Positions 13,742-26,314 of a stretch of DNA of 64,000 nucleotides are shown here, in pieces (positions within the stretch are counted from its first letter, which is position 1; every line of letters starts with the position of its first letter). The notes below the pieces were generated by a model that saw nothing but the letters and a program-made list of their open reading frames with translations, was not told the DNA's origin and did not search any database. Both the position numbers and the translations under genes were made by a program. Location: positions 22,446,001-22,510,000 of the forward strand of contig NW_024704742.1 in assembly GCF_018977255.1 (NCBI RefSeq), given 5' to 3'. The DNA comes from Callorhinchus milii (Eukaryota).

Positions 13742-13968
13742 CTTTCTCTTTGACCGAGCCTTCAGCTCCCCTCTCGACTCTCTTCCCCCTCCTCGCTCCC
13801 TCCCTTCCCTCCCCTCACCCTGACCATTTCCCCCCTCCTCGCTCCCTCCCTTCCCTCCCCTCGCCCTGACCATTTCCCCCCTGCTCGGGTCATGACCCAA
13901 CTGTGCAGCGCCTTGGGACGTCCTCCTGACGTGAAAGGCGCTTTATAAATGGAATCTTGTTGTTGTTG
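13742..13968 (+). mobile_element. Young L2 3' fragment (type-2) with 46-bp tandem duplication in the 3'UTR
   Basis: Nearly identical to the reverse complement of 55132-55365; (TTG)n tail. Confidence 0.9.
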
Positions 13969-13998
13969 CTTCTTGAGCCTCTTCAGTACCTCTTCAGT

Positions 13999-14308
13999 GT
14001 GGACTCCTGTAGCTTTGCCTTGCAAGCGAGACACCTGGGTTCAATTCCCGGCAGGGCGAAACCTTGGGCAAGTTTCCTTACTCCACACACCTAATAATAA
14101 TCCCTCCAAAACACTAGTAAATTGGTCATTTTCAATCCACGACTGTTTGTGGGACACAACTGTGCACAATTGGCTGCTGCGTTTCAACCATAAATATACA
14201 GTCAATTCACTCTACAGCATGTTCTGTGAAGCGCTTTGAGATGTCGAGAAGACGTGAAACGCGCTATATCAAATGCAAAGATTATTACTTTTATTATTAT
14301 TATTATTA
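13999..14308 (+). mobile_element. tRNA-Ala-like-headed SINE with a deletion in the head
   Basis: GTGGACTCCTGTAGC..TTGCAAG..GGGTTCAATTCCC head, shared body, stem-loop and (ATT)n tail. Confidence 0.9.
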
Positions 14309-16374
14309 CCCTCTACTGGTAATGCACGTCTGTGGCAGCCCAGAGGGGTTGAGTTGAGTGGCCTGTGACATTCACGGAGAAAACTCACACATGAACAGTG
14401 GGCACTTGGACAGGGAACTGGACGGCAATCAGGACCCATGGAACCACACCCCACCCTGGGGAGACTGGGTACCAGGCACAGAGAGGCAGATGCCTAAGAA
14501 TGGAAAAAATTAGAAAATAATTGGACACACTTTTTTAAAAAAGTACAAAATTGGGTGCTACCTCTAACCAAATTTGCTCCACTGGCATCCAAAACCTTTA
14601 TATTTGAATGAAAAAAGTTGTCAAAGAAATTACTATTACAATGTAATGAAAGATAAAGCAAAATATTCAAATCAGGCAATGCATTAAAATGAGTTATGTA
14701 ATTTTTATAATAAGATTTATCTAAGCTTCTGTTAATAAGATAAACATCACATTGGCCACATAAAAGCCACGAGTAGGTAACAGGCAATCCACTTGGATCA
14801 TTTTTAAGGGGCAATGGCAGTGTCTTCAGGCTAAAGTGGAAATGAGAAGACAGACAGAAGTGTAGATTAAAAGAATGATGAAGTGAATCCCGTTATCCAA
14901 ATTTCTACAAAGCCGGCATTGCACCATGATAATCCATCAGTAGAGAAATCAAGAGCTAGTCTTAAAGGAGAACAATATTTATAAATTAAATGAGGATTTA
15001 AAGTAAGATCACTTTCTTTTTTTGTAAAATTGTGCTTAATAAGCACATAACAATATAACCTGCATCCTTTTATTGTAGCAGTCAGTTAAGTCTTGGCCAT
15101 AAGGGAACACTTCCCCAAACCAGATTGATTCTTTACTACTCTTCCAGTTAGCAATGTAACTTTTGAGTTCTCTTTCACATGCACATGCTAGCAGCTTAAC
15201 GTATGCCTGTAACTAATGCTCAGGTCACCTTATGTAAATAGCTGAATCGTTTGCATACACTCAGGGATACAAGTTTGCACATTCCACCTTGTTTGATAAA
15301 ATCCAGGAAAGACTTGCCATCAAGCAAGGCTTTTAATTACAAAATAGCAACTATCTCTTATGCTTTCTAATATTTGAATAATAACAATATTTCTAATATT
15401 AAGTGCTCCAAGACACTACAATGCATGAATTGTTGTATTTTAAAAGGAGAAACACAACAGCACTAACCTTTTCCTCATAGCAAAAAAAATTCTGTGCTTC
15501 CCTCTTACATCTCTTATAACTATAGAACTTCAAACTTCAAAAAATGCACATTAAGCTTACATGTTAGTCACTTAACCCAAGTGTAATATTTTTTTGAAAA
15601 TGATTATCTGTTTCTTAATGAGTTTGATTTGTCTCTGCCTACTTGCCTTTTAATCTGGAGCAGTAGCTGCAACTGTAATTTGGATGTTATTAGCTATTAT
15701 AGTTCTGTAGATGCTCCAATTATCTTATCAATGGCCCATTTAAACACTGTATTGAATTGGTATTTAGTCACTGGCTGTATGATACAAGGTGATTGTGTAG
15801 AGTAGCCGGTCAGGCTGAAACATATTGTGACATATTTGTAAGACAGCAAAAGCAAAAGTTATTGATTTTGTCAATTCTAATTTTTTCAATTTTTTCTTTT
15901 CTGATTGAAGTTAGAGAAACACAGGCCCAGGGCATCTGTGTTGGATTCTAATTTACTCACATTATAATAGTAAGCGTGTGCCACAAGTTGTATTTTGTAC
16001 CTCATACAGTAATCGTTTACTTGTAAATATGCATCAAAAGGCATAGGAGAATGTTCCCCTATACCTACGTTTAGATATGTTCACTACACTCTCGACAAAA
16101 GCAGTTGATGCTGTACTGATTCAATCATTCAAGAGAACTGGACAGTGCATTATTTTGGATTGAAGTCCTTTCTTGTGATGACAGCCTTATATACAGCACT
16201 TTTTCGTGCAATGACTGCCTATTATACTCTTTGTAACCTTATGAAAATAACTCAGCTCCTATATATAGCAGACCTTAACATGCCTTTGCTCTTAACACAA
16301 CAAATCAAGTTTAAACACCAAAAGATTCTACTCAAAATCTACTTGTGTCAATTTGGTTCAGATGATAGCAGACT

Positions 16375-16660
16375 TAAGCCTAGGCTGGCACTCCAGTGTG
16401 GTATTAGGATAACACTGCGTGGTCAGAGGTCCCATCTCTCTAATGAGATGTTAGACTGACTATATGGAGGATAAAGAACTATTAAAGATGGGAATTGTCT
16501 GGGTCAACAATCTGCCAGATTAATTTGCCATTCACCTCATGACTTTAGAATTTTGCTGGTACATTTGCCTAAAAAAAGAATGATTGCATTTGACGGTACA
16601 GTAGTTATTGTGAATTGCTTTTTGATGGGATGAGGAACCTGAAAATGCAAGTTCTTACTT
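16375..16660 (+). mobile_element. Deu-domain SINE, highly degraded
   Basis: CTAGGCTGGCACTCCAGTG...TGAGATGTTAGACTGA...AAATGCAAGTTC. Confidence 0.5.
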
Positions 16661-16786
16661 TTCAGTTTGTACTGCTGTTCACAGATTTTTCACTTTTGTC
16701 AAACTAGTGATAAAAACGTTCCAATTCTCTTCAATGATTCTGGATCTCAACTTCTTTGTGTGATAAGTGAAAGATTCCCATTCTCA

Positions 16787-17024
16787 GGCCTGAAATTCCT
16801 GCCAGTTTTAGTCTGTAAGATGATATGTTGTCTTAAAATTTAAGATCACTCAGAATTGGGGAAAATTCTTAAATTCAGTCCAAATTTCAAAGACAATTTT
16901 CTGCATTTCATAAAAGAAATTACTTTGAAATTAAGACTGAATTTAAGAATTCTCTACAATTCTGCGCAATCTTAAATTTAAGACAAATAGTCGTACAGAC
17001 TAAAATGAAGCAGAATTGTATTCC
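16787..17024. mobile_element. Palindromic MITE-like element
   Basis: ~110-bp imperfect inverted arms (TTTTAGTCTGTA...AATTCTTAAATTCAGTC vs GACTGAATTTAAGAATT...TACAGACTAAAA); related fragment at 17985-18090. Confidence 0.75.
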
Positions 17025-17474
17025 TTTACATTTCCAATTCCTGTCTCCTGTCTGTGCTCCTATCCCTGAGTCCTGTCCTCTAGGTTTTCTGGTTTATTCT
17101 CCTCTTTACCCAACTCTCTCCAGGCTCCCTGTCATGTACTCCAAATAAATCGTGATAAGAATTAAAGCTTAGTTTCTTCAAAAAGCAACATGACCTGACA
17201 CAAGCACTGGCAAATATCACAGATAATACCCCTTAATATGAACCCTGAACCTTTTGCTTTTTCTCAATAAACATAGCCAGTAGGTTAATAATGTTGCAGT
17301 GCCTAAGGCATTAGTAGATCATTCTTTTCATGTTTTGTATGGGTTTCCTTGCTCGTCAATCCTAAACAAATTCTCAGGTGGCAGTGTGGTACCACACAGC
17401 ATTGATTACTCGTTTGTAGACTGGCCAAGAATGTTTGAATGTTTATTGCAGATGCTTAGAAATACCATATTGTT

Positions 17475-17809
17475 AATAATAATAATAATAATACTAGTAC
17501 TTGCATTTGATATAGCGCCTTATCATGCCTTCCAGACGTCTCAAAGTGTTTCACAGAATATACTGTAAAGTGAGTTGATTGTATATTTTGTGGGCAAAAC
17601 ACAGCAGCCAATTGCACACAGCAGTATCCCACAAACAGTTGTGGATTGAGTGACCAAAATTATTATTTTTTTGAAGGGATTATTACCACCGAAAAGCAAC
17701 TAATAACTGCGTTCCTACTTACTACTACTAAACAGAGGCATGTGAGTAAGGAAACTTTCCCAAAGTTTCATCCTGCCCAGGAATCGAACCCAAATCCTCT
17801 CGCTTGCAT
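17475..17809 (-). mobile_element. tRNA-headed SINE, longer variant with extra central segment
   Basis: Shared tail and body plus extra GTTCCTACTTACTACTA..AAACAGAGGCATGTG segment, also seen at 43345, 44733 and 60325. Confidence 0.85.
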
Positions 17810-18342
17810 AGTAAGACATGGACCTCACGTTTCTGTACCTGAGGCTCATGTCTTGCTAGAATAGCTTTGTCTGAATCCTCAAAGTGTTTTGTTTTGTATA
17901 TAATACACATTTTTTAAAGCAATATTATTTATTTATTAAAACTTCAGTTACCCTAAGTTCTCCATGGCCTTAGCCTGAAGACCATAGACTAAAAATTTCA
18001 GATTGTGCAGAATTTTGTGCACAATTCTTAAATTCAGTCTTAATTTGGAAGAACCATTACAGTTAAGACCAGGACAAATTTCAGACGTGTGTTAACTATG
18101 GCTATGCATTCCTTTGGCTCTTGCTCTCACTCAAACTCTGCTTCCAACTCTTGCCACGCTCTTGGACTCCATTGTGGGTCCCTCACTCCACTCAAACTTC
18201 TCTTCACACAGCAAACAAGCACCTAAGAATAAACTCGGTCTTATGTGTTTGGCTCAGACTCCAGTCCCTAGATCCTGTTCAGCTGTTGATAGTGCAAACC
18301 TATCAGCTATAACAAATTCATCCCTCGATAAGATAAGATTAT

Positions 18343-18835
18343 CAGCTCGGCTCAGTTGTTAGCACCCTGAGTGAGAAGGTTGGTTGTGGGTTCAATCCCC
18401 ATGTCGCAACTTGAAATCCATATGGTGATGCTTCAATGCAGTGCTGGGAGAGTGCTACATGTTGGATGTGACCTTCAGATGAGACATTAAATTGAGGTCC
18501 TGTTTGCCTGATCAGGTGGGTGTTAAAGATCCTGTGCTGCTATTTAAAAAGAGAAGAGAGTTTCTCCCAATGTCCTGGCCAACAATCTCCCAGATGAAAC
18601 TGATCATTCACGTCATCAGCGCTTTGGGACGTCCTCCCGACGTGAAATGCGCTCTATAAATGTAATATTATTGTTGTTGTTGTTGTCAATGGCTGTTGGT
18701 GGGACAGTGTTATTGGTTACACCTTTGACCCACGAGTTCACTTCAACTTTTCAGTGTCCTGTGAAGTGTTTTGAGATGTTCTCCCAACATGAAAGTTGTT
18801 GTATCAAAGGTAAGGATTATTATAATTATTATTAA
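18343..18835 (+). mobile_element. Deu-domain SINE interrupted by an L2 3' tail (18617-18686)
   Basis: A/B-box head and Deu core, then CAGCGCTTTGGGACGTCCTCCCGACGTG...(TTG)n, after which the SINE body resumes (ATGGCTGTTGGTGGGAC). Confidence 0.75.
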
Positions 18836-19335
18836 TTAATACTGGATATATAAATTCAAGAAGTTGCACTTACCCACGTAGGATGAATGACTCCAAACAT
18901 TTCACTGAGCAAGAAGGAAGGAAAGGAGGGGGATTTAAGGGTATAGGCCAAGCCAAAGTCAAAAGGATTTATTTTTAAGAGGGTTTTAGGAATATACCAG
19001 AGAAAGCAAGTTTGAGAGAGAGTGTGGGGTATAGTGGCTGAAGGCTCAGCTAATAACAGTGGAGGCAACGGGCCATAAGCCAGAGTCAGAAATGCTTAGG
19101 AATAGAGCCAGAGGAGGTAGGTAGGTGCAAAAAGGTGAAAACATTTGAAGGTTGGGACAAGGATTATGAAATCAATACGTGGATATTTTATAGGGTGGAT
19201 ATTTTATTAGCACAAATATACTTTTAGCAAAATGAATGAGAAAGTTTCAACATAATCCTTCATTAGGGCTACAGTTTGGATATGATCACCTGTAATGCTA
19301 ACCTTTCTCTTCCAGATGCATTTCTGGCATTTTGG

Positions 19336-19569
19336 GAGAGTTAATGTGTGGCAGTTGTTAATGGGATCCCTTAATAAGGAAACTGAATGTATAATTTTTA
19401 CCCGTGGGAATTGAAGGAAAAAGAAGTGGGAACTCAGAGTTGACACAATCTACTTTTGGATCATTGTTCAGTGTGATTCATGTGACATACCGTACTTCCA
19501 CTTACTGCAAGGAGTCCCCATTCAGTTTCCTTATTAAGGAATCTCTTTAGAATTGCTGCATATTACTCT
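19336..19569. mobile_element. MITE-like element with ~55-bp inverted ends
   Basis: GGGATCCCTTAATAAGGAAACTGAATG (left) vs CATTCAGTTTCCTTATTAAGGAATCTC (right). Confidence 0.65.
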
Positions 19570-19652
19570 AGAATGCTATACTCCCTTACCACTAGATTTT
19601 TTTTATCATGTATAAAAAATACTTTACAGTATAATATTTACAAAGTCCAATA

Positions 19653-19671
19653 TCGACACCTAGCGGCAGAG
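19653..19671 (-). promoter_or_regulatory. CTCF-like motif
   Basis: Minus strand CTCTGCCGCTAGGTGTCGA is close to the vertebrate CTCF core CCASYAGRKGGCR. Confidence 0.55.
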
Positions 19672-20201
19672 CAGTAGAAGCACAACCTTTGTGTCTGTAG
19701 ACTTATTTCCAGCTCATCTTTTGTTTTATTGTGAACTAGGTCCAAGCAAACCTGCTGTGTTCAGTTTGGCTTACTTTCCCCCGGTTTCTATGCCCTTAGC
19801 TGGAAACACAGCACAGCTAACATCATTCTGATTCAAGACAAAAACATCAAGGGCAGAAATCTGAGAAAAATAACACACAATCAGTATTAAACACAATGAT
19901 AAGAGCAGTAATATGAGTGAATCTGGTGGATTAGAAACAGCTAAAAAAAATTAAAAGGGGTTGTGCTGAGTTTTATCTGGGTTACAACCTAGGAGCAGGT
20001 TTCCATAAAAACGCTGTTCAAACATTAGCATTTTACGTCTCGTAATAAGCTTGTAAATTCAACAATAAATTACATTTGTATAGCGCCTTTCACGTTGGGA
20101 GGTCGTCTCAAGGCGCTGGACAATCAGGGATTTGGCCCTGAGCAGGAGGTTGGGATTAGGACGGGTGGAGGGCAGAATTTTTTTTCAATTTTTTTTACCC
20201 A

Positions 20202-21603
20202 TTCCTTTTAAGGGACATACAGTGGAGTTATGTGTTTGTTTCCAAACAGTCAGCCCCGATAACACCAGCAATCAATGTTTGTGTTCCGTAAAGGAGGTTC
20301 AATAACGCAAACATTGTAGCACGCAATCAAATTTATGCAGAAATTTATGCTCCCCTTTAGAGGCCAGTGTCCTCGTTGGTAATAATAAAATAATAATCCT
20401 TGTATTTGATATAGCGCTTTTCACATCTACTGGACGTCTCAAAGCACTTCACACAATATACTGTAAAGTGAATTAATTGACTGTATATTTTTGTGAGCGA
20501 AACGCGGCAGCCAATTGCGTACAGCAGAGTCCCACAAACAGTCGTGGATTGAAGTGACCAAATTATTTATTTATTTAATTTTGCTTGAGGGATGTATGGA
20601 GTGTGGAGTAAGGAAACTTGCCCAAGGTTTCATACTGCTGGGAATCAAACCCAAGTCTCTCGCTTGCAAGGCGAGTGCTCTAACCACTGAGCTACAGGAC
20701 TCCAAATTTACGCTAGTAAATTTATGCTGCTTCCAAAATTCAGAGCTTCTCCTTTGAAACTGCTGTTAATATTTTTTGATGGCATTTAAATTGCGGCATT
20801 TCAAAATGGGCTTCCTTAATCACAGAAATGAAGGTCCAAAGCGATGTTTCATCCACCTGTGACATCTGCATGTGGAGCAGAGTTCCCACAAGTTAACTGG
20901 AGCTCCGTTGGGATTCCTCATTAAGGAGTTCTTAAAGGGAATTCGTAGATAAGGTGCAAAAATTAGACCTCAATATTCCACAATATTGCTCACAACTCAC
21001 AACCAATGGCATTAATATTCCCAGCCATTACAAACTGACTTCCTTGATGTGAACCCCTTGGGGAATGCATTACTCTCCGCTCTGCTACAGAATCATACTT
21101 TTGGGGAACTTTCACTAAAATTTGCAAAGAACTGGGGATTGATATAATATAGAAACTGTCCAGTGTAAAAAGCTCTGGTGCTGTCATTGTTGCCAGTAGT
21201 TGCCAACCGCAGGTATCAGGCTTGTCAAGAATGATGTAAAGAGAGGCTTGTTAATATTCATGTCTGATTCAGGCAGAGATCCCAACTTTGCTCAATTTAC
21301 TTTACTCTTAATCCCTTCTTTGCGGTTTGAAGTATCCTCGCGCCCATGAAAGATGCTATATAAATGTAAATTGTATTGTATTGGGAGGTACAATGCTCCT
21401 TTATGCTTTGATTTGTCTAATCTGCCTTTACTGACTTTGTTCTCTATGTCTGAACATAGTCATTGTCTGACCATCTGTTCGGTGTGCTACAATTTGCATT
21501 GCTGAATCTCCCTTATTGGACACAAGCAGTGATTGCTGGTGTTATCGGTTTTGGACTGTTTTGGAAACAAACACATAACTCCACTATATGTCCCCTAAAA
21601 GAA
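20202..21603. mobile_element. Putative non-autonomous DNA transposon with ~120-bp inverted termini
   Basis: 20202-20322 is the near reverse complement of 21484-21603. Confidence 0.65.
20380..20704 (-). mobile_element. tRNA-Ala-like-headed SINE, full length
   Basis: Reverse complement of head (TGGAGTCCTGTAGCTCAGTGGTTAGAGCACTCGCCTTGCAAG), body and ATT tail. Confidence 0.9.
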
Positions 21604-22358
21604 CTATAAATTATTATTGAACAACCTCAACCTTGTAATAACAAGATTTTTTTGATTTGCTTATTTGGATTATTTATCTAGAGTTGAAGCTAAGACATGT
21701 GTAAGAGGCAATTTCCAATAAATTCCTAAATGAAGAAAAGCAAGTGGGAACTTCTGTTAACTGGACATGATACACAGGTATTTCAAAAGTTGCAGCAGTA
21801 TTCCAGAGAGTCGGTGTGATGTACTTCTGGTTTCCTTATTAACAATCCTGTTTGATAATAGACTTCAGTAAGAGTCAAAGCATTCATAGTTGTGGGGAAT
21901 CCTGTCAACACTATCACTCTCCCTCGCCTAAACACCCCTATGCCCCCACCCCTTTTGATATTGCACCCTTCACAGTGCATTCGTTCACTCAGCATTTCCA
22001 GTGTAAGAAGTTGGTATAAGCTGAAATGTGATTACTGAAGAGCTTCTGGCATCGACTGTCACATGTGCCCTCAAATGTCCTGTGGGAGCTGGCTTCATTT
22101 GCCCATCAGTATGTAATGTAGATTGTGCATTTGCTGTGGATTGTATCTTTATGCAGTGAATGAATCATGAATGTACATGTTCAGGATTCACCTGCTGTCT
22201 AAAGATATTCTTTCCGTGTGGTGATGTGGAACAATAGCATTGAGCTGTATCCATTAGAAAAGTAGGCAACCTGCAATGCCCACTGGTTTATCCTTATTTA
22301 TCATGGAAAACTGGAAATGCATTGTATTCTAAATAGTATATTAGAGAGAAAATAGTTT

Positions 22359-22799
22359 CGATTTCAAGATCCTCATCCTCACCTACAAGGCCATTCACGG
22401 CCTCGCTCCCTCCTACCTCTCTGATCTACTATCCCCCTACCTACCTGCCCGTATCCTCCGTTCCTCTGGCTCCGGTCTGCTCCACATCCTCCGCCCCAAC
22501 CGCCCTACCATCGGTGGCCGGGCCTTCAGCCTCTCAGCCCCGAGGCTCTGGAACTCTATCCCTCAGTGCCTTCGCCGCCTCCTCCCATTTCTCCTTCAAG
22601 GCCGGTCTCAAGACCTTTCTCTTTGACCGTGCCTTCAGCTCCCCTCTCGACTCTCTACCCCTCCTCGCTCCCTCCCTTCCCTCCCCTCACCCTGACCATT
22701 TCCCCCTGCTCAGGTCCTGACCCAATTGTACAGCGCCTTGGGACGTCCTCCCGACGTGAAAGGCGCTCTATAAATGGAATGTTGTTGTTGTTGTGTTGT
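22359..22799 (+). mobile_element. L2 LINE 3' fragment (type-2)
   Basis: Reads [24 protein letters not shown]...FKAGLKTFLFDRAF; stem-loop and (TTG)n tail. Confidence 0.9.
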
Positions 22800-22914
22800 T
22801 CCTAATCTTGGTCATCTATGCAGTTTTCAGACCATAATTGCTTCTTTTTTTTACAAAGGGATTTGTAGATTGTGGATGTCTTACTATAAATAGCTGCCAA
22901 AGTCCATAACACCA

Positions 22915-23068
22915 TTTAAAAGACAATTGAAAAATAGTATTAAGGAGTTAGGGAAAGAGCAGGGGAATTGGAATAGAGTAAATAAATTCCAGTGGGGGAT
23001 ACTAGGACCAGTATAAACAAGATGGGCTGAATGATCTCCTTTGGTGCTGTCAACATTCTATCATTGTA
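22915..23068 (+). mobile_element. CR1 LINE 3' end, degraded
   Basis: GATGGGCTGAATGATCTCCTT...ACATTCTATCATTGTAT resembles the CR1 terminal hairpin and ATTCTRTG repeats. Confidence 0.6.
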
Positions 23069-23473
23069 TAATGCTGAAAGCAATCCACAAACAGAAATAT
23101 TGAGTGAAAGGTTGGGACAAATTTAAAGTACATGATATTCACCACCCCATGCATTAACTTACATTGATATAGTGCCTTTAATGTGGGGTAGTGTCTAGGA
23201 GCACTGATTCCCCATAGTCTCTAATGACGGTGTTTGATGGAGCAGAAATATTATCAGGTTAATAGTATATACTATAATGTTACAAATTACTAAAAAAAAC
23301 TGATTAAATGCATAGGAAGGTTAATCCCTTCCTCTTCCTCTCTTGAAAGCTTAATAATTTTTTTCTATATTTTACCTAGTTTGGAGAAATCAAAATAAAA
23401 TGTGTTTACATTTAATTTTGTTTATAATTTATAATTTTTTTTATTAATTTAACTTTACATTTAATTTATTTAA

Positions 23474-23734
23474 GGACCTTCAGCCTCTCTGCCTCCACCC
23501 TCTGAAACTCCATCCCACAGTCCCTTCGCCTCACCCTCTCCCTTGCCTCCATTAAGATCTGTCTCAAGACCCTCCTCTTCGACCGTGCCTTCGATCACTC
23601 TTCTACCTCTACCCTGCCCTCCCTCCACCCCTCCTGATCCCAACCATCCAGGGTGCGGATTCCTGACTATCCAGTGTTTTGGGACGTCCTCCAAACGTAA
23701 AAAGCGCAATACAAATGTAATTTGTTGTTGTTGT
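23474..23734 (+). mobile_element. L2 LINE 3' fragment
   Basis: CTCAAGACCCTCCTCTTCGACCGTGCCTTC, stem-loop and (TTG)n tail. Confidence 0.8.
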
Positions 23735-23858
23735 TTACAGTTAATTCTATTGTTTTAACCACAAACCAGGAACTCAAAGTAACTAAAACTTCGCTTTACC
23801 GTTGATTTAGTGAACAAACAGTACGTTACAGAACAGCTACATTAAACAAGAACGAATA

Positions 23859-23891
23859 TTGACACCTAGTGACCATTTTAAAAATTGCAAA
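23859..23891 (-). promoter_or_regulatory. CTCF-like motif with upstream TGCAA element
   Basis: Minus strand TTTGCAATTTTTAAAAATGGTCACTAGGTGTCAA. Confidence 0.5.
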
Positions 23892-23925
23892 ATGGAAATG
23901 TTTATCAGTAATAATAAAATTGGAC

Positions 23926-24157
23926 TTCCCTGTGAATTATTCTATCTACAGGAAATGTCTTCTGTGATTCATTTTGTGTAGAGGCCATCCCCTCTAAATC
24001 ATTCTGTATAAAGTGATTGTCTTCCATGAATCAGTCTGTATGAAGGACTGAGTCTAGAGAATCTTTCATGAATTTATCTGTATGACAAATGCCTTTTTTT
24101 GTATGAAGGGACCATCTCTTCTGAATCGTTGTATAAAGGGAAAAATCTCCTGTGAAG
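23926..24157. repeat. Degenerate ~30-32-bp minisatellite, about 7 units
   Basis: Recurring TCTTCYRTGAATCATTCTGTATGAAGG-like unit. Confidence 0.6.
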
Positions 24158-26314
24158 CTAAATAAATTGTAAATATTCAATGGAAAGAAGTCAAGAACCT
24201 ATTTTTACTGTATGCATAAATGGCCATCTATTCTGAGTTACACTCAAGTGGGAGTGTAGTTCTGTGAAAAGTTCTCAGGCATAAATACAGCAATTTAATA
24301 CTTTTGCAATTGTGGATTATCCACTAAACCCAAATTGTTGATATAGTAGTTTCCCACATGGATTTTGAATTCCTTACTTTATCCCCTGGTTCTTGGATTT
24401 CGCCCTAAACTGTTTTGAGTAAATGCCGTGAGAGACAGATGCAATGTAAGTACTTCTCTGCTGCTACCCACTCATTGGTCATTCTCTTCATGGCTGTTTG
24501 TCAGACATTGCAGATTGACTGCTATGCTCTGCTACAAAATACAGACACTGCACTCTGCAGTAAATCTAATGAAGTCGAGTTGGGAATGGCAACTTTAACT
24601 TCATCTGATGAACATTGCACATGTGCTTCTCACTTGTTTCTTTATGCCTCCCTGTCACCTATCTGTGGTTTCACCCACAAAATATACAGTCAATTCAGAG
24701 ACGTGATAAAGCTCTATATCAAATGCAAGGATTATTATTATTTTTATTATCTCCTCTGACCGGCCTCTTGTTCTCAGCAACAACAGCGACAGCCCAGCAG
24801 CCCGAACAAAGCTTCTGAGGAGTTAGAAAGCGCAAACATTATTAGGATTTTACAGATACAAATTTAGGGAGAGAGGTACACATACTGTAGTATTATTTGA
24901 GCACATGACTTTTGTCCTGAGTCTTTTCTTCATAATATTTGTTCATATTTCTTGCACGGGTATATTTCTACTAACCTGTGTGTTTTGGACCACCCACAGC
25001 ACAAGTGGCTCCAAAGAACAGTCTATACACGGCCTCAATGTCGCAGATAAAATGATGCAATTTCTGACTTACAAACAGGAGTTCAGTATAATCTGAAAGA
25101 TGGCAAACCCGAACATGGAATACTCCCCCAGTATTGCACTGGAGTATCAGCCTAGATTATGAGGTCAAAGTGCCAGCTTAATCCAACAACCTTCTGACCT
25201 AGAGGCCAGAGTGCTGACAACTGAGCCAAGGACGGAGAACCAGGAGATGAAGACATTTTGTAAAAAAAATGGAAATAAAGATATAGGGATAAGAAACTAA
25301 ATGTACTAGATGTAGTCTGTATGACTCCAGTTTCATTTAACTGTCTATGTGAGCTGCTTCAGAGAATTTTATTGTAAATAATTCAGTCACTTAAGAAAAT
25401 GAATTTTTAAAGATGTAAAATTTAAATGTTAAATCGTATAAAATTAATGCTTTAATTTTTTATTGCAAATGTCTGGGAACTTGGGTGTTTGTGTGACAGG
25501 ACAGTTTAACTTCATATTATTTATCCATTAATTTTCTCAAGACTCGAGATTGCTTATTATCAAAGCATACTAGGTTTTGGTAACACTTTATAAAGTTGAT
25601 CAAATAATTTGAGTTTTTTTAACACTTTTAATAAATATTTAACAGTTTTTTTCTAAGCTGTTTATGAGATAGATTTCATTATAAATAATTCAGCACTTTT
25701 CAAGTACTGTTAGTTTGTCGGAATAAATGTATTTTTCAGCTACTTAACACGGATTCTTAAAATAAGTAATAATTTAAGCATATATGGATAGTGACAGATT
25801 ATTCGATTTAATATAGTTGGAATTTATTAATACCTATTCATTTGAAATAGAAATTCATCAGAGTTGTATCTTTATATTTTAAATTTGTTAAAGATTACAA
25901 AATTATTTCTGGACTATTATTTAATGTTGTGTACACTGGTGAATATTTGTATTATGCAAATAGTGGAGAGATGATCTAAACAGGAAACCAATATCATTGC
26001 ACTTCTCACTGCACATTTGCTTGTGTATGTTAATATGTAGCTCCTTTCACGACATATCTCCACCGAACTATTTTTCCCATGTGAATTTGCCCTTGAATTT
26101 CACCCACAAAATACACAGTCAATCCACTTTATAGTATAATCTGTGAAGGGTTTTGAGACATCTCAACGATGTTATATATCAAATGCAAGGATTATTATTA
26201 TTAAATCACTGCTGAAAAACTTCCTCTGTGATTTTTCCAATGCTTTCTTCCACACCACTCAGGTGTGTCTTTCCTCTATGGCGGTTTAACATATTTCCTT
26301 ACGTTGTATCTGTT

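Noticed and set aside
23926..24157. CRISPR-like array
   Set aside because: Units are contiguous and degenerate with no unique spacers, no cas genes, and the context is vertebrate
25330..26000. Very AT-rich repeat-free tract as an origin or matrix attachment region
   Set aside because: Composition alone gives no specific support
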